DNA of 63,137 bases, the filler included, from Choristocarpus tenellus KU-1152 (Eukaryota; Protista; Phaeophyceae), in assembly GCA_964200185.2 (NCBI GenBank). It is 9 parts of 9 records of this genome, joined end to end, with 100 filler letters (N's around TTAATTAATTAA, not from the genome) between each part and the next. Parts side by side here need not be neighbours in the genome. Positions count along the whole stretch, not along the records: positions 45,646 to 55,004 come from CAXNAD020003751.1; positions 55,105 to 63,137 come from CAXNAD020005247.1; 7 more parts are not named here. One strand, given 5' to 3'. This document shows positions 51,325 to 63,137 of this stretch, piece by piece. The first letter of the stretch is position 1, and every line of letters begins with the position of its first letter. The translations under genes and the position numbers were made by a program. The notes beneath the pieces are model-generated. The model was not told where the DNA came from. It saw only the letters and a program-made list of their open reading frames with translations, and made no database searches.

Positions 51325-52714
51325 TTACTCAAGACCTTGTCAAAAATAAATGAGTACTTCGAAGCACGATTTATTGAGAGTAGTAGCATTCGCCACAGCC
51401 CGCAGCAGTTGTAGCACCAGAATCAGTAGTACTGCCTCGATTACCACCACTGGTACAGACTTCCCGTTGAGTAGTTGCTCTGCTCTTCGCCAGAGCAAAA
51501 CGGTTGAGGTGGTGTCAAGTTGTCACAACTTGTGGAGTTCCAAAATCTGTCAAGTGTTTCAATATCGTTTGTATGTTTATATATATTCATAACTACAGTA
51601 AGTCAAGAACGATATAGTACATGTATTTTTTCTACTACGATGGTTACTCTTTTTCTATCATTTAAACCCACAAATTTCAAGATCGAGACACTAGGTAGTT
51701 GAGCAAGAAGGGCCTGTGAGATTCTTGGGATGCTTCCCTACCTCCTCACCCACATTCTACAGCTAAGGTAGGTTAGAAGCATAGTAAACATTATTTTGTA
51801 GTACACATTACTTTGTAGATACCAACCTTGAAGGGGGTATTGTTGTATTGTTGAAAGAGTTTTCAAATAATTTTCTTGGGAGGTGTATGTTTTGCATTAT
51901 GACAACTGTTTCTTCATGAGACACATAACGTAGGAAATTTGGGATCGTCGCAACTCTTGTGTGTGAAATAGGTGGAAACGACATGTAGAACCACAATAAT
52001 GCCAACCCTTCAATTTCCACCTTCAATCCCTCCACTTTACGTCAGTGACTGTTTTTTGTTGCTTTGCTGGTGTCGGATTTAATGTGCCCTTTATTGATGG
52101 TGTACCCACGTACCCACTTCATGTTGCCCTATCGTCTCTAGTTCTGTTTTTCATTCCTAATGGCCACACCAGGACAGTATGATAAGGTTTTTACCGTCCC
52201 GTCTCAACTGACCGTGAAACATCTGGAAAAGGCATAAATACTCCTCTTCAAAGTGAAGGATAGCAAGAAGACTCATATATAGGAGGACGTGGAAAGCTAA
52301 GGGATACGGCAAGGAATTGAGGGTGGTAGTCGAGACAGAGAAGGTCACTCAGAAAAAAAGTAAGGTAGGGACTTGAAACTGGGGGGTCTGAGCACTTCCC
52401 CGTAATCCCCTGATGATGCTGATATTAGCACCTTGGTGGAGTTAGGCCACACACGCCCACTCTACAGTAAGATCAGATATATTTTTTAACAAAGTACCAG
52501 CCTGGTGGGTCTCAATCAGTGTATTAAGTCGGCCCTGTTCTCAGGTTGGTCCGAACTGGCTAGGTGGTTTGAGCGAGAAGTGTGATTTTTTATTGTGTGA
52601 AGTGTCAGGGGCAGGTATTGAATGCGATTTTACAAATTAGTGTTCAACAAATATATTAGAGTTCAATTCTTTCTGATTTTCCAAGCGCCTTGGTTGACAA
52701 GTAGTGTTGTACCA

Positions 52715-52967
52715 GAGTCAAAGTAAATGAGAGGTACCCAATTTTTGGCCGTTTTGCATTATAAGTCGCTTATTGAATCCATTGCAATTCACCCATATTT
52801 CTGCAGATGAAGTGCTATATGTTTGACTTGAGAGGGTTGATTTCTCTATTATTTGAAAATCTTAGAATTCGGAAATTATCCTATATCCATTTGTTGAAGT
52901 CGAATTTTGCACGTATATGCAGGCATCGCCAAATGCAATTTTGGGTACATCTCGTTTACTTTGACTC
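52715..52967 (+). mobile_element. MITE family C, full length (253 bp)
   Basis: TIRs GAGTCAAAGTAAATGAGAGGTACCCAA and TTGGGTACATCTCGTTTACTTTGACTC; no clear TSD. Confidence 0.85.
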
Positions 52968-53879
52968 GCTAGGTAAAAAGTAAGAGATGATTGAGAGCCA
53001 AACCAACGTGAGAGGTTGGCAAGTTGGACCCTTTTGCACTCTAAGCCATCTTTCTTACCCTGTGCAATACATTCCATATCATTGCTTTATGTTCACAACA
53101 GTGTACGCAAAATTGATATATTCCCCCTTCCCACACACCAGGTGTCACTGCAATCCAGCAAAGGCTCTTTCAGCAATGGTACAAAATGGTTCTTTTTTCC
53201 CTTTCTAGGGATCCTATAAGTGCAAACCTGCCTACCCTCTCAATTGGTTTGACTCTGTTTTTTCCGATCACTCTTGACGCTCTCCCTGTAATATTCCTTG
53301 TGGATGACTTGATGATGTCCAAGTTGTTGTGATACTGACCTTCAGTCATTAAGATCTTCAGGAGCACGTAGGAAACAGGCTGGTCCACATCATCTTTATC
53401 ACTATACTTTCAATTCATTAAGACAGATTTCCTACCTTGGACTAGAGTGTGATCTAGGGCTGATCACCACTAGTGCTCCGCCTTTTCTTCTTTTCCCTGG
53501 ATTGATTCAACCAGGACGTTTTCTTCCCAAAGAAGGACCTGTCCGAGATGAAATGAAATGTCCAGCCGCATTCGTATACATGTCGGATGGAATTCCATAC
53601 TGCAGTAGTCTGATGTGTCGGGAACAAGTCCCCTTGTTGGGGTCTCTGATATACTAATGTGGACAATGTGTGCAGTCATACGCAATTGCATGTGCCACCT
53701 TTTTTCATTGAAGCCATTCAAGGTGATGTGGTGTGGATCAGATGAATGACCGGCTCGCGGTAACACCAACAAAACAATGGATTTAAACCAGCAAAGTTCG
53801 AGATTGTATTCTCTGCTCTGACTGGCGGCAACTAATCACAGTGTAGATTGATTAACATGCATGTTACTCAGCATGTCTC

Positions 53880-54256
53880 AACCCCATCTCTCACTTGGTT
53901 GCATGCGTAGAAAGGTGGAGGGAGTGACAAGGGGACAAGCAACATACATCCTGAGAAGAATGGTAAAAAAGTTCAAGCTGAGACCAGAAGAGTATGATTT
54001 GCATTCAGGGAGGATAGGGGGATCCACCAGGCTGGCAACCATGGAAGTTGCAGAGATGGTAATACAGATGGAGGTGAGATGGAAGTCGAGTGCATTCATA
54101 GTATATATCAGGGCCAACCAGAGGGACCTGGTATCGGTTTCGAAGGGTCTGACAGAGAGTAGGAACGAGTGGGTTCAACCAGGGCAGGAAGTACAGTTTG
54201 AACCAGAAGATAAATCAACCCTAAAGGGGAGGGGAGGTCAAGTTTGGGCGGGGTAG
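53880..54256 (+). pseudogene. C-terminal fragment of a tyrosine recombinase, DIRS/Ngaro-type retroelement remnant
   Basis: YDLHSGRIGGSTRL (HxxR), RWKSSAFIVYIR (catalytic Tyr region); the N-terminal part is absent. A GT-rich tail follows at 54300-54470. Confidence 0.85.
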
Positions 54257-54796
54257 ATATCTTCTAGCTTGAAGGTACGGTATGAAGGGGATGGTGAAGG
54301 AGTGTTCTCGGATGATTGTGGAGTGGTGTTGAGTGGTGTTGAATGGTGTGGTGGTGTGGTAAGTGGAGTGGGGTTGAGTGGAGTGGTAACTGGTGTGGGG
54401 TTGTGTGAGGTTGTGTGGGGCTGTGTGGGGTTGAAGGGTGTGGTAGTGACCGGAAATAGGTGGTGAAAGGGGTCGCACTGGTTTTGTGTTACAGGCGATG
54501 TGTCGTGATGGCGGTTTCATAAACACCATTATGATCTTGAAGTCCTAAATTTGACATATTTGTACTTCTTGAATATTTATTTATAATTTGGTCATTATGG
54601 TCCCTGATTGTGATAAGACATCGTCGACCAGTTCCTTTTTTTTTACAAAGATATTGATGATAATCCAAGTGAGAGATCCAGCATATTTGACAACTTGTGC
54701 ATCAGGAGGAGTCCTATCTGTGCATCAGTATCATCTATAGGCCTGCAGATTGGAGCTATACATCCTGTGGAGGTAAGCTTCTCGAGCGTGCTGTAA

Positions 54797-55004
54797 CAGT
54801 TGGTCATTGGATGTGGGGGGTGACTGGAAATCAGTAGTGGAGGGGTTGCACTGGTTGGTCATCGGAGGTGGGGGGTGACTGGAAATCAGAGGCGAAGGGG
54901 GTTCGTACTGGCTAGTCATCGCAAGGGGGGGGATGGCTAGAAATCAGTGGCGAAAGGGGTTCGCATTGGTTAGTCAGTAAGGGTAGGGGGTGACTGGAAA
55001 TCAG
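54797..55004. repeat. Tandem repeat of about 55-58 bp, more than 3 copies, running into the contig end; a lone unit at about 54445-54485
   Basis: GGGGTGACTGGAAATCAG...GGGGTT(C)GCACTGGTT.GTCA repeats. Confidence 0.88.
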
Positions 55005-58000
55005 NNNNNNNNNNNNNNNNNNNNNNNNNNNNNNNNNNNNNNNNNNNNTTAATTAATTAANNNNNNNNNNNNNNNNNNNNNNNNNNNNNNNNNNNNNNNN
55101 NNNNTGGTCGCCATTGTTATACCCCCCCCCCCCCTAACAACGAACACCCCACTCTTTCGCCTGTGTGGTGAGCTGTGATAACCAGCAGGTCAAAAGAGAG
55201 ATCCCAGGTGTAGCAAAAAAATAATATTGTTGGAGCAAGCTAGTTGTGGCACAGGAGGGATAGGCGACCTATAGAGAAGACGTAGATTAGACTGGGCAGT
55301 TAAAACGATAATTGTGGTTCTGTTGATGGGTCTTGTGTCAGGCTGAAAAATGCCTGCTAGGTGAGGGAGCTTGTCTGCTGCAATAACAGCATACCGTATT
55401 GATGTATGAGGTTTTGTCGTGTATACTACTACACACACGTAAAGTACTATTATTAGTGGTCTTCCATTCTTCCATGCAGTATCCCTGCAGCGTCAGTATC
55501 ATTACAGTCGTTCCTACTTAGTGGGTTTGTTATTCATAGTGTGTGCAAGTGATCGATGCATCACATTGTAGTACACAAAAGGTGCAAGGCTGGCTGAGAG
55601 AACGTTGGTCGTATTGTATGTACCTAAAATGGCCAAGATGTAGTAAAAAGCATCAGAAAAGGGCAAGGAGACTTTGAGTGGTGGTAGCACTACAGAACAG
55701 TTACGCACTAGTGAGGGTCCTTATGACTCGGTGAGTAAGAAGGTTGTTTGTTGCATGAATTTTGGAGGTTGAACCCAATCAATACCGTAACTCTTTTCAT
55801 GGAGAGTATTTTTTATTATCCCAAGTCTGTGTGGCAACCACAATGGATTGTACACCTGTACTGTCCTGTCTGTCACTATACCAAAAAAATCGCTGAACAA
55901 AGATCGAGATGGCAATATTGAGGAGGGCTTGAACCATTGAACCAAGTAACTCATCCCTACGGAGGCCACATGAAAATTTGACTTGATCACTCTTATCCGT
56001 TTCATACATGAGTGAGGCCATTACATGAAACGGAATTGTTCACAATAAAGCAAGAAGAACTAATTTTCCGCTTCCCCCACCCAAAACATTGTACTGCTAC
56101 TACCACCATGTGATCCTAACCGACCGTAGTTCACACTACAATGGTATTGAAGTATCCCATTCGTACAACACCAACAATGGAGCGCTTGGCTGTATCAACG
56201 ACTGACATAATATGTAACTGCACAATTAACATTTTAAGAGTGCTTCTCATACTCACTACTACTAAAATGAAGAACAAGAACTAACTCTTGAACTATGACT
56301 AATGCTCTACTAATGACTGTCCGTTCTTGCCTCGCTTCCTTCTTGAACGTTAGTTTTAGTCATCCCGCATTGTTGGTCGGTCCGCATCCTCCCTCGAATC
56401 TTGTGCTGGACTGGACTCACCGACCCCCCGTAATGAAAAGCCTTACCGTCTCGTTTGGATCTTCCACGTTTTTGTGGTATAGCCTCAGATAGGATGCTTG
56501 TATCCAAAACATTAGTACTCCAAAGCAACTACTAAAATGTAGTACATTTATAATAGTAGAAAGGTAGGTGTGTAATAGGTGGACTTTAAGAACGATATTC
56601 TCTAGAAGAAGTTTAGTGTTGACAGGACTGGAAATAAAAAGATTCATTCTGGGAACAGCCTCCGTTTATCAATGAGCTAGGATGATTTCTTCGAACTTTC
56701 ATACTATATAATTATGTGTTATTTTATATGCCAACAAGAGAGAGAGAGTCAGTTGGTGTTTGAATGGATTTCGTGTTTTGAGTTTTGAATCAATCAGTAT
56801 ACTTCATACCTTTCGATGAACGCAAGCACGGCAAGCCACCAAGGTGAGATGCCTGTATCGCCGAACCTTCTTACTCGATACTGTGAGATGGCGACGAGAG
56901 GGTGGTATTAGCTCTTGGTATGTGGCTACGTTTTGCTGTATTGATATGGCTTGTTCAGTATCCTTAGGAGGTAGCCTGTCGGTTTCGCGGCCATACATAC
57001 CTATAACCTCAAGATAGCTTATGGTTCCATGGGGTCTTTCCCGTGACAGACAAGTTAGAGATGTGATCTGAGTTTTATGCCCTTCTAATTGATCCAGATG
57101 ATGGAGGTGGCGTGTTTGTTGGTCCAAGAGACCCAAGAAATAGGGTTGTTGCCCACCCAGTCCCTTGGTATAGCTACCTTGGACCTTGGACCTTGGAGAG
57201 TAGATACCTTGACCCGAGCGATGTCGAAGGCTTTACATAGGAACCGAATTGAGGGTGGTCGACCATGTTGTGGACTCAGAATGTTCGTTTCCTCATCAAT
57301 CTCTCGAAAGTGGATGGCTGCTGGTTGTATTGCTCATTACAAGTATCTCGACTGGAGTTGTACTGAGGAAGTTATTATTGCTGTGCATGGTGAATGTTAG
57401 ATAGACCAAGCGCACGATTCATCACTTCCGTTGTGTCCAGTGGTTTGGTAGGGAGATGATTTCACTCTTACGACCCACTGCGAAGCAATCACCCCCATGC
57501 ACGTTATTCAGTTGTTACTCACTCTCCAGCCCCATTCCACTCGTCCTATCTGGCTATGTTCCGAGGATCTTAATGTGTTTTCTTGTGTTGTATTTACAAG
57601 TGAAATTCTAGACGGATTATGTGTCTCATCCCCGAAATGTTCACGGATTGACTTCCCCCCTCCTTGCCTCCCACCACCGCACAGCATTGACTCCATCTAT
57701 GAAGAGAGAATTGCTCCCCCTCCGTTCCTCTCCCGCCTCACCATTGCAGTACATCGACTTTGTCAGTAGAGTTTAATGTGAATTGCTACCCCCTTCATCT
57801 CCTCTCTCGTAACTCTTTCCTCATCCACATCTCCGACGACCATCCCCCCTCTTCAAATGTGATCCTCCAACACCTCAACAATCCCTGGTCCATCGTTGCT
57901 GTCTCCTTCCAATCACACGTGATGAGGTAGTGCTCGCGATGGTTACAGCATTCCTGGCACTAGGCGTTTCTGTAACTCGCTAGGAAACGTCCCAGATCAG

Positions 58001-58215
58001 ACACTAATGATGATGACATTCTTTCCGCAAACTACCACACGCGAGGCTGCTCAAAGTCGAAAGATCTAGCCTTTCCCTTGCTGCATCTCAATCAAAGATT
58101 AATTGTTTGATAATACTACTGAGAGTAAGTAGTATAGCTCCACACCAATACTAGATACTCAGTCTCTCCTTCTGCTGCTTCTTTCTGGCCATTTTCTGCT
58201 GTGTGCCCTTGTTCT

Positions 58216-58348
58216 GGGTCAAAGTATCTGGGGGGAGTGGTGGTTAGCGAGGTGGCATCCGTTTCGGTCACTACGAGTTGCTTTGAAATTATAGCAATTG
58301 GTGCCTTCAGTCGTGGACGGACCATCCCTCCCCCAGATACTTTGACCC
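58216..58348. mobile_element. MITE family B, complete (133 bp)
   Basis: GGGTCAAAGTATCTGGGGGGAG ... CTCCCCCAGATACTTTGACCC; no TSD visible. Confidence 0.88.
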
Positions 58349-59085
58349 AGTCACCGTCCTCTTTGGATGTATTTTGGAATAAAATGCCTTTAGGATCTAC
58401 GCTTGGCGCTTGAGTGGGTGTAGACTATGTTATTGTGGCTCAGGGAAGTTGCCGTTGGGTTCAGAGTTAGGAGCTGGAATGGTTGCTGCCGTTTCGATTT
58501 GCTGTGGAAGAGGGGTCATCTGTGTGTGAAAATCTCGACTTGTGCTGCAGATGGTGGTACGGAGTACGAGATGCTTCTGCGTTAACGTAGTTTTAGCAAG
58601 GTTTCTGTCCATTGTTCTGTGATCCAACCAACGTAAAGAGGGGAGGAAAAAGGATTGGGATGTGTCAGTAAGAGTGTTAAAGGATAGTGGCAGAACGCAC
58701 CAATCGCGATGAATTTTAGGTTGCCATCGGGCCAATAAAAGCATGCGTATGAGGACACATAGGCATAAACTCATCAAGAAGATAGAAAGGATTAATATAC
58801 GAAATATGTATTAGGGTTGATTTAGATATTGTCCGACCTCTCCAGTACAACATGTCTGTCGAGGCATGTGTCTGATTGGTGACGTAGAGGGTGAGTCAAG
58901 ATCAGGAATTGGCCTAGGTTGCTCCTCAAAGTTGTGTCTCTCGTCAGTATGGGGGCAGAGTGGGACATGTCCAGAACCAGGCACGTGCAGAAGTGTCTTA
59001 GTCTATACTGTATCGTTCGACAAGAAGCTGGATATTTCACAATTTGCCATTCTAAAATTTAACCTCTTAGGGGTAGCTGACTCGC

Positions 59086-62000
59086 TCATCTCCAACTTTC
59101 ACTGTGTAGTGGGGCTGGTACTTGGTCACGGTCCCTCGCGTCGTATCCACTGAATGTCCCATCTGAAGTATAGTCCTCTGCCCTTGGCACCTGCAATGAG
59201 TGTTTTTCTCCTTCATCTAAATCCGGCACAGCCCTCAGTGTTGGTTCAAGGAGTATATATTTCTTCGTATCCTTTTCCACGTCAATACGCTTCCACTGGC
59301 GGTCAACCTTTGACCGGAGGCATTGTCTGACACGCTGGGCTGCAGCCTCCGCACTGTCCTTCTCGTTCTTCTCCCGAAGTTGGTCGACACCCTCCTCTAT
59401 TTCGTCCTCTGTCATATTCGACCGTGAGGATGCAAGAATTTTTCGCCATTATCCAGAAGGTACGACACTGAGTAAAAGTACGCCCCTGAACCGTCCACAT
59501 AAACATCGTTGACCTTCCCCTGTACGATAGACCCCCCACTCGCGCATAGGATGAAGCTGGTTCCTGGACTGAACCTGGCGTCGGATGTATCCCCAAGTCT
59601 GAGTTGCCTTAAAAGCGAGCAGATATCGCACCTAGGGATTGCCGGTTGGATTCTGTGGTGAACCTCTGGTATTGACCAGGCAGGATCGTGAATGTGTTGT
59701 CCAGGTGGTTGAGGTGGATGTCTGTGAAGTCTGGGATGATGATAGCCTGAAGAGGCACGACGCCGGGACCCGGTTGTGCCTCCTGCATCAACACAAAGGT
59801 GTTCGTTGCAGGGGCTGTGTTGATGTGTTGGACTAATGGTATGTGTTTGGCGTGATGGCCTTGTTCGGTTGTGTAGGGGTATTGTTTGTTTTGGTTTTGA
59901 GGAATGGAGAGTTGTATGTAGGGCAGATACACTTAGACAGCGAAATGAAGGAATGGGATATGCTTATTTGCCCTACGGAACTTGCAAAATATTCGGTGAA
60001 AGTCGATGTTCGCGGTTGTAGGGTAGGTGAAAGAATATGACACTGGTTTGGATGTCAGGATTGGATATTATGGGAGGATTATATTTGGGTAAGAGGGAAT
60101 ATCGGAGGATATGTATCATCTGTGTATATGGACAGCGTGGAATTATTCGTGTGGAGCATTGCTCTCTTAGTAACAATAAGAAGCGTTTCTCACCTTGTCC
60201 GTCCGTGACATGCGAATAGTTGGCACTTCATCAACAAAGCTAGCACTCAGCACCTAGAAGTCTTCAGTGACAAAGACGACCTCATCTCCAGCATTGAACA
60301 TCCCTCCATAGCTGGAGTGGTGCCTGGCGTTCCATTCAATCGTATCCTTGTGGTGGACAGTGAACGGCAAGAACTCTATACCATTGTACTCCAATGGCTG
60401 CGTCTGTACAATACATATTTTCCCCTCAGCGAGCTGGCTTCTCAGATACATATCGCCCGTTCCTGTTTCCATGGAAAATCCGAGGTCTATCTCCTTAAGC
60501 GGGGGCACGTGGGCTAGTTTCCGCCTGCATTGGGTCAGGTTGCTGATGGCACAGTTCGTGCAGTAGCACGACAGTTCAGTGTATATCAATGTACGGGACT
60601 CTCCGGTGGTGAGCCGACCAGTGAAGAACCTTGTCATCCCGCTAGGTCGATCTTGTAAGCCGGAAGGTGGGCTATCTCCTGTGTTCGAAACATGTCGATG
60701 TATAGAAGTTTCGTAGATGTGACTCTGTGCTGTCTGCTGTCCCTGTCCATCCATTCCTAAGGGTTGTATGTGTTGATTGTGCGTATAAGGGGAAGGGTGG
60801 TACGTGTTGGAGTCGGTGTTGGTACTGTGGCAGCGTCCTGTGACCGATTCGATGTGATGGCATTTTCTTTGGAGTGATCTGTGCTACCTATTCCTGGAAC
60901 AAGTGTTTGGTAAATGACAGATGTCAATATGTGATGAAAACGAGAACTTGGAGTTTTGGGTTAGTTTACTGATTGGTAGACTTCTGAAAAGTAGAGGGTG
61001 ATGGTCGCAAGTGTGCACGGATCGTGAGCGGTCGATTAAGAAGTGCGTATGTGCGATTTTCATGTCGCACGTGGTGTCGACATGAAGGGAAGGCACGAAT
61101 GTGACATAATGAATCAACGATATCTATTGCGTGTTTAGTGTATGGGTTAGAAAGGGGAGGGAGGGGGCAGTCTGTCGCCAGTGGGAAACAGGGATCGATT
61201 ATTGTGAGTGGGGGGAATCATGTGTATGTAGTACGTGTGCTATTTATTCCTGCAACAAGCGATGGGTACATGGCCGACGTTGATACATGAAAGAAAACAA
61301 TAACTTTGAGTTTTGCGCGAGTTTACCGATTGGTAGACTTATACAAAATAGAGGGCGATGATTGCAAGTGTGCACGGACGGTGTGACCGATTATTGTGGG
61401 TGGGGGGAACAGCGCAGATTGTATATGTGCTATCTGTTCCTAAGACAATTGTTTGGTAAACAACAGACGTTAATGTGAGAGAAGGAAATGATAACTTGGA
61501 ATTTTGCGCTAGTTTACCGATTGGTAGACTTATACAAAATAGAGGGCGATGATTGCACGTGTGCATGGATGGTGTGCGGTCGATGGAGAGTTGCGTTTGT
61601 GTGATTAGCAGGCTGTGCGTCATATCGACGTGAAGGGAGTCACGGATGTGACACAAGTTTGAATGGTATATATATTGCGTGTTTAGGGTTAGGTGGGCAA
61701 GGGGCGTACGTGTTGGGGTTGTCACCAGTGGCAAACAGAGGCCGAACTTTGTGAGTGGGGGGAGATTGTCATATGGAGTGTGCCTACCTTTGTCACGATT
61801 GACTGTCCAGGAGGAACCTTACGACCTTTGCAGTAGCGCCAATCTTCCTCTGGTGTCGGATCCCTCAAAGTGTATTGAGTTTAGGTTGCCTTGATTGTAT
61901 CCACTAGGGATTGAGGTTCCTGGCATGCACACCCCGTCTAGTTCCAGTCTCCTGGCAGCAGACTTCACCACAGCCCTGACTCCATCAGATATGGACTTTC

Positions 62001-62992
62001 CGTGACAGGAGGAAAAGAAGTTGTGTACAACGGAAATTCCCATCCGCGCTAAAGACTGAGAAACCCACCACATCTGCCATCTGCTCTTGAACTGACTCCC
62101 GAAGCCATCGGACCAGATGGGGTGGACCTCTGGGGTCTGTCCGTATTCACGGGCTAGAGGTATTAGATGGTCTTTCACAAACATCTCCACGGCGTTCTGT
62201 ACAAACGCGTTGTCTTGGCTTCGATCTTCACTACACACCGTCATGCTGTGAGCCCCAACCCTTCCCTTCCCAAGATTTCCCTCTTCTCTGAGATCCCCCA
62301 GCCACCAAACAATGGACAGAAGGGCCGTGAGGAATAGANNNNNNNNNNGTGGTTGTGTTGAAGGTGGGCGCTGAAGTCCATGGACATGGCGGTGTGTCCT
62401 TTGGGGGGGCGGGATTTGCAAGTGTTTGTATTGTTGTGCCCGCCAAATGGTGGTGTTGTGATGAAGGAAGCTCTTCTCAAAGTTTGCAAAGATGGCCTTT
62501 AGGAGTGTAGGGAATCTCTCTGTCCATGGGAACAGCACCTGCATTGAATGGGCCAGGCTGTTGAGTCACGAGCGTTAGTGCTGGTGATTAATCGTGGTGG
62601 CGCAGGCTTTGTTGTGATGCATTCGCAAATGTTCGTTGCTGTGGGTGGGATTACATGGCCGTTATTTGGCGAACATGCCATGACACATTCGATGTACACT
62701 GTTTTCTTACTCGAAGGAGACTCTCGCTCACCTTTCGCCTCCAGATGTGTTTGTCCATAGACCCTGTGGTGTCTTCGTCGTCATTCTCCTCGTTTTTGTT
62801 CCTCCTGAAGTCGGGGGCGGACCCTTCCATCATGCACTTAGCGATAATCAAATCGTCTGTCATAAGATTGTCCGCCCTCAGCTCTGCATATGTTGCCTTG
62901 ATCATCTGGATAATATCATCTTTGGTGGCCCTTCTGGGGGTGGCGATGTCAAGTCTAGAGGGCAGCGCCTGTGTGGCAGTGTACACGGGCAT
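59086..62992 (-). pseudogene. Intron-containing Sola2-like DDD transposase with Cys cluster and C-terminal Tudor-like extension
   Basis: MDFSAHL (D1, after a frameshift in a C run), IWSDGFGSQFKSR (D2), HNFFSSCHGKSISDGVRAVVK (D3), then LSCYCTNC...C in 60254-60754. Splice sites such as AAG|GTGAGC (about 62731) and TGCAG|GTG (about 62538). The superfamily name is recalled from motifs. Confidence 0.75.
60880..61790. repeat. Modular direct repeats in the transposase intron (two units of about 350 bp with a partial unit of about 190 bp between)
   Basis: AGTTTAC.GATTGGTAGACTT...TAGAGGG.GATG.T.GCA.GTGTGCA.GGA at about 60960, 61320 and 61510; TCGAC.TGAAGGGA...TATTGCGTGTTTAG...CCAGTGG.AAACAG at about 61077 and 61625. 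Confidence 0.88.
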
Positions 62993-63137
62993 AGAGATTT
63001 ATTGCAACATGGGTGTATGGTCGGGATGTGAGCATGGGGATATGTGTGACTGGTGGGGTTGGTTGCTGCATCGATCCTGGACCTGGAGTGGGGGTGGAAC
63101 CGGACAGGTTCGACCTCCAAATCTAATAATTGGTCGT

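Noticed and set aside
55797-56021. piggyBac-like WxDNK motif (TWDNKK)
   Set aside because: A single short motif with no supporting catalytic blocks.
55105-63137. Endogenous giant-virus (phaeovirus) segment
   Set aside because: No NCLDV core gene motif was recognised. The identifiable coding sequence is a spliced transposase.

Overview
This is eukaryotic, intron-rich, repeat-dense DNA. It is not one locus: it is nine contigs joined by artificial 100-bp spacers (N44-TTAATTAATTAA-N44), so no linkage can be assumed across spacers. The protein families and transposon types point to a brown alga or close stramenopile relative (inference). Host genes: a multi-exon TRP-like cation channel (+, about 2.8-10.6 kb), the domain III-IV half of a four-domain voltage-gated Ca/Na-type channel (-, about 35.1-44.8 kb), a complete 3-exon START-domain gene (-, 49740-51324), the last exon of a CASP/golgin-type protein, and two spliced genes of unknown function. 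Mobile DNA, mostly decayed: two Ty3/Gypsy pol remnants, CRE-like non-LTR remnants, a DD39D-type mariner, a DIRS/Ngaro-type tyrosine recombinase, two intron-containing Sola-like DDD transposases, and three related MITE families sharing a G(A/G)G(T/C)CAAAGTA-type terminus. Best leads: (1) a spliced, decayed ParB/Srx (DGQHR)-like gene with flanking inverted repeats next to a 77-78 bp array; (2) Tudor-like reader modules at the C-termini of unrelated transposon proteins; (3) a CpG-deamination signature among MITE copies; (4) a perfect 52-bp intronic foldback; (5) an x-x-D-E channel selectivity filter. All family calls come from motifs recognised by eye and need HMM confirmation.
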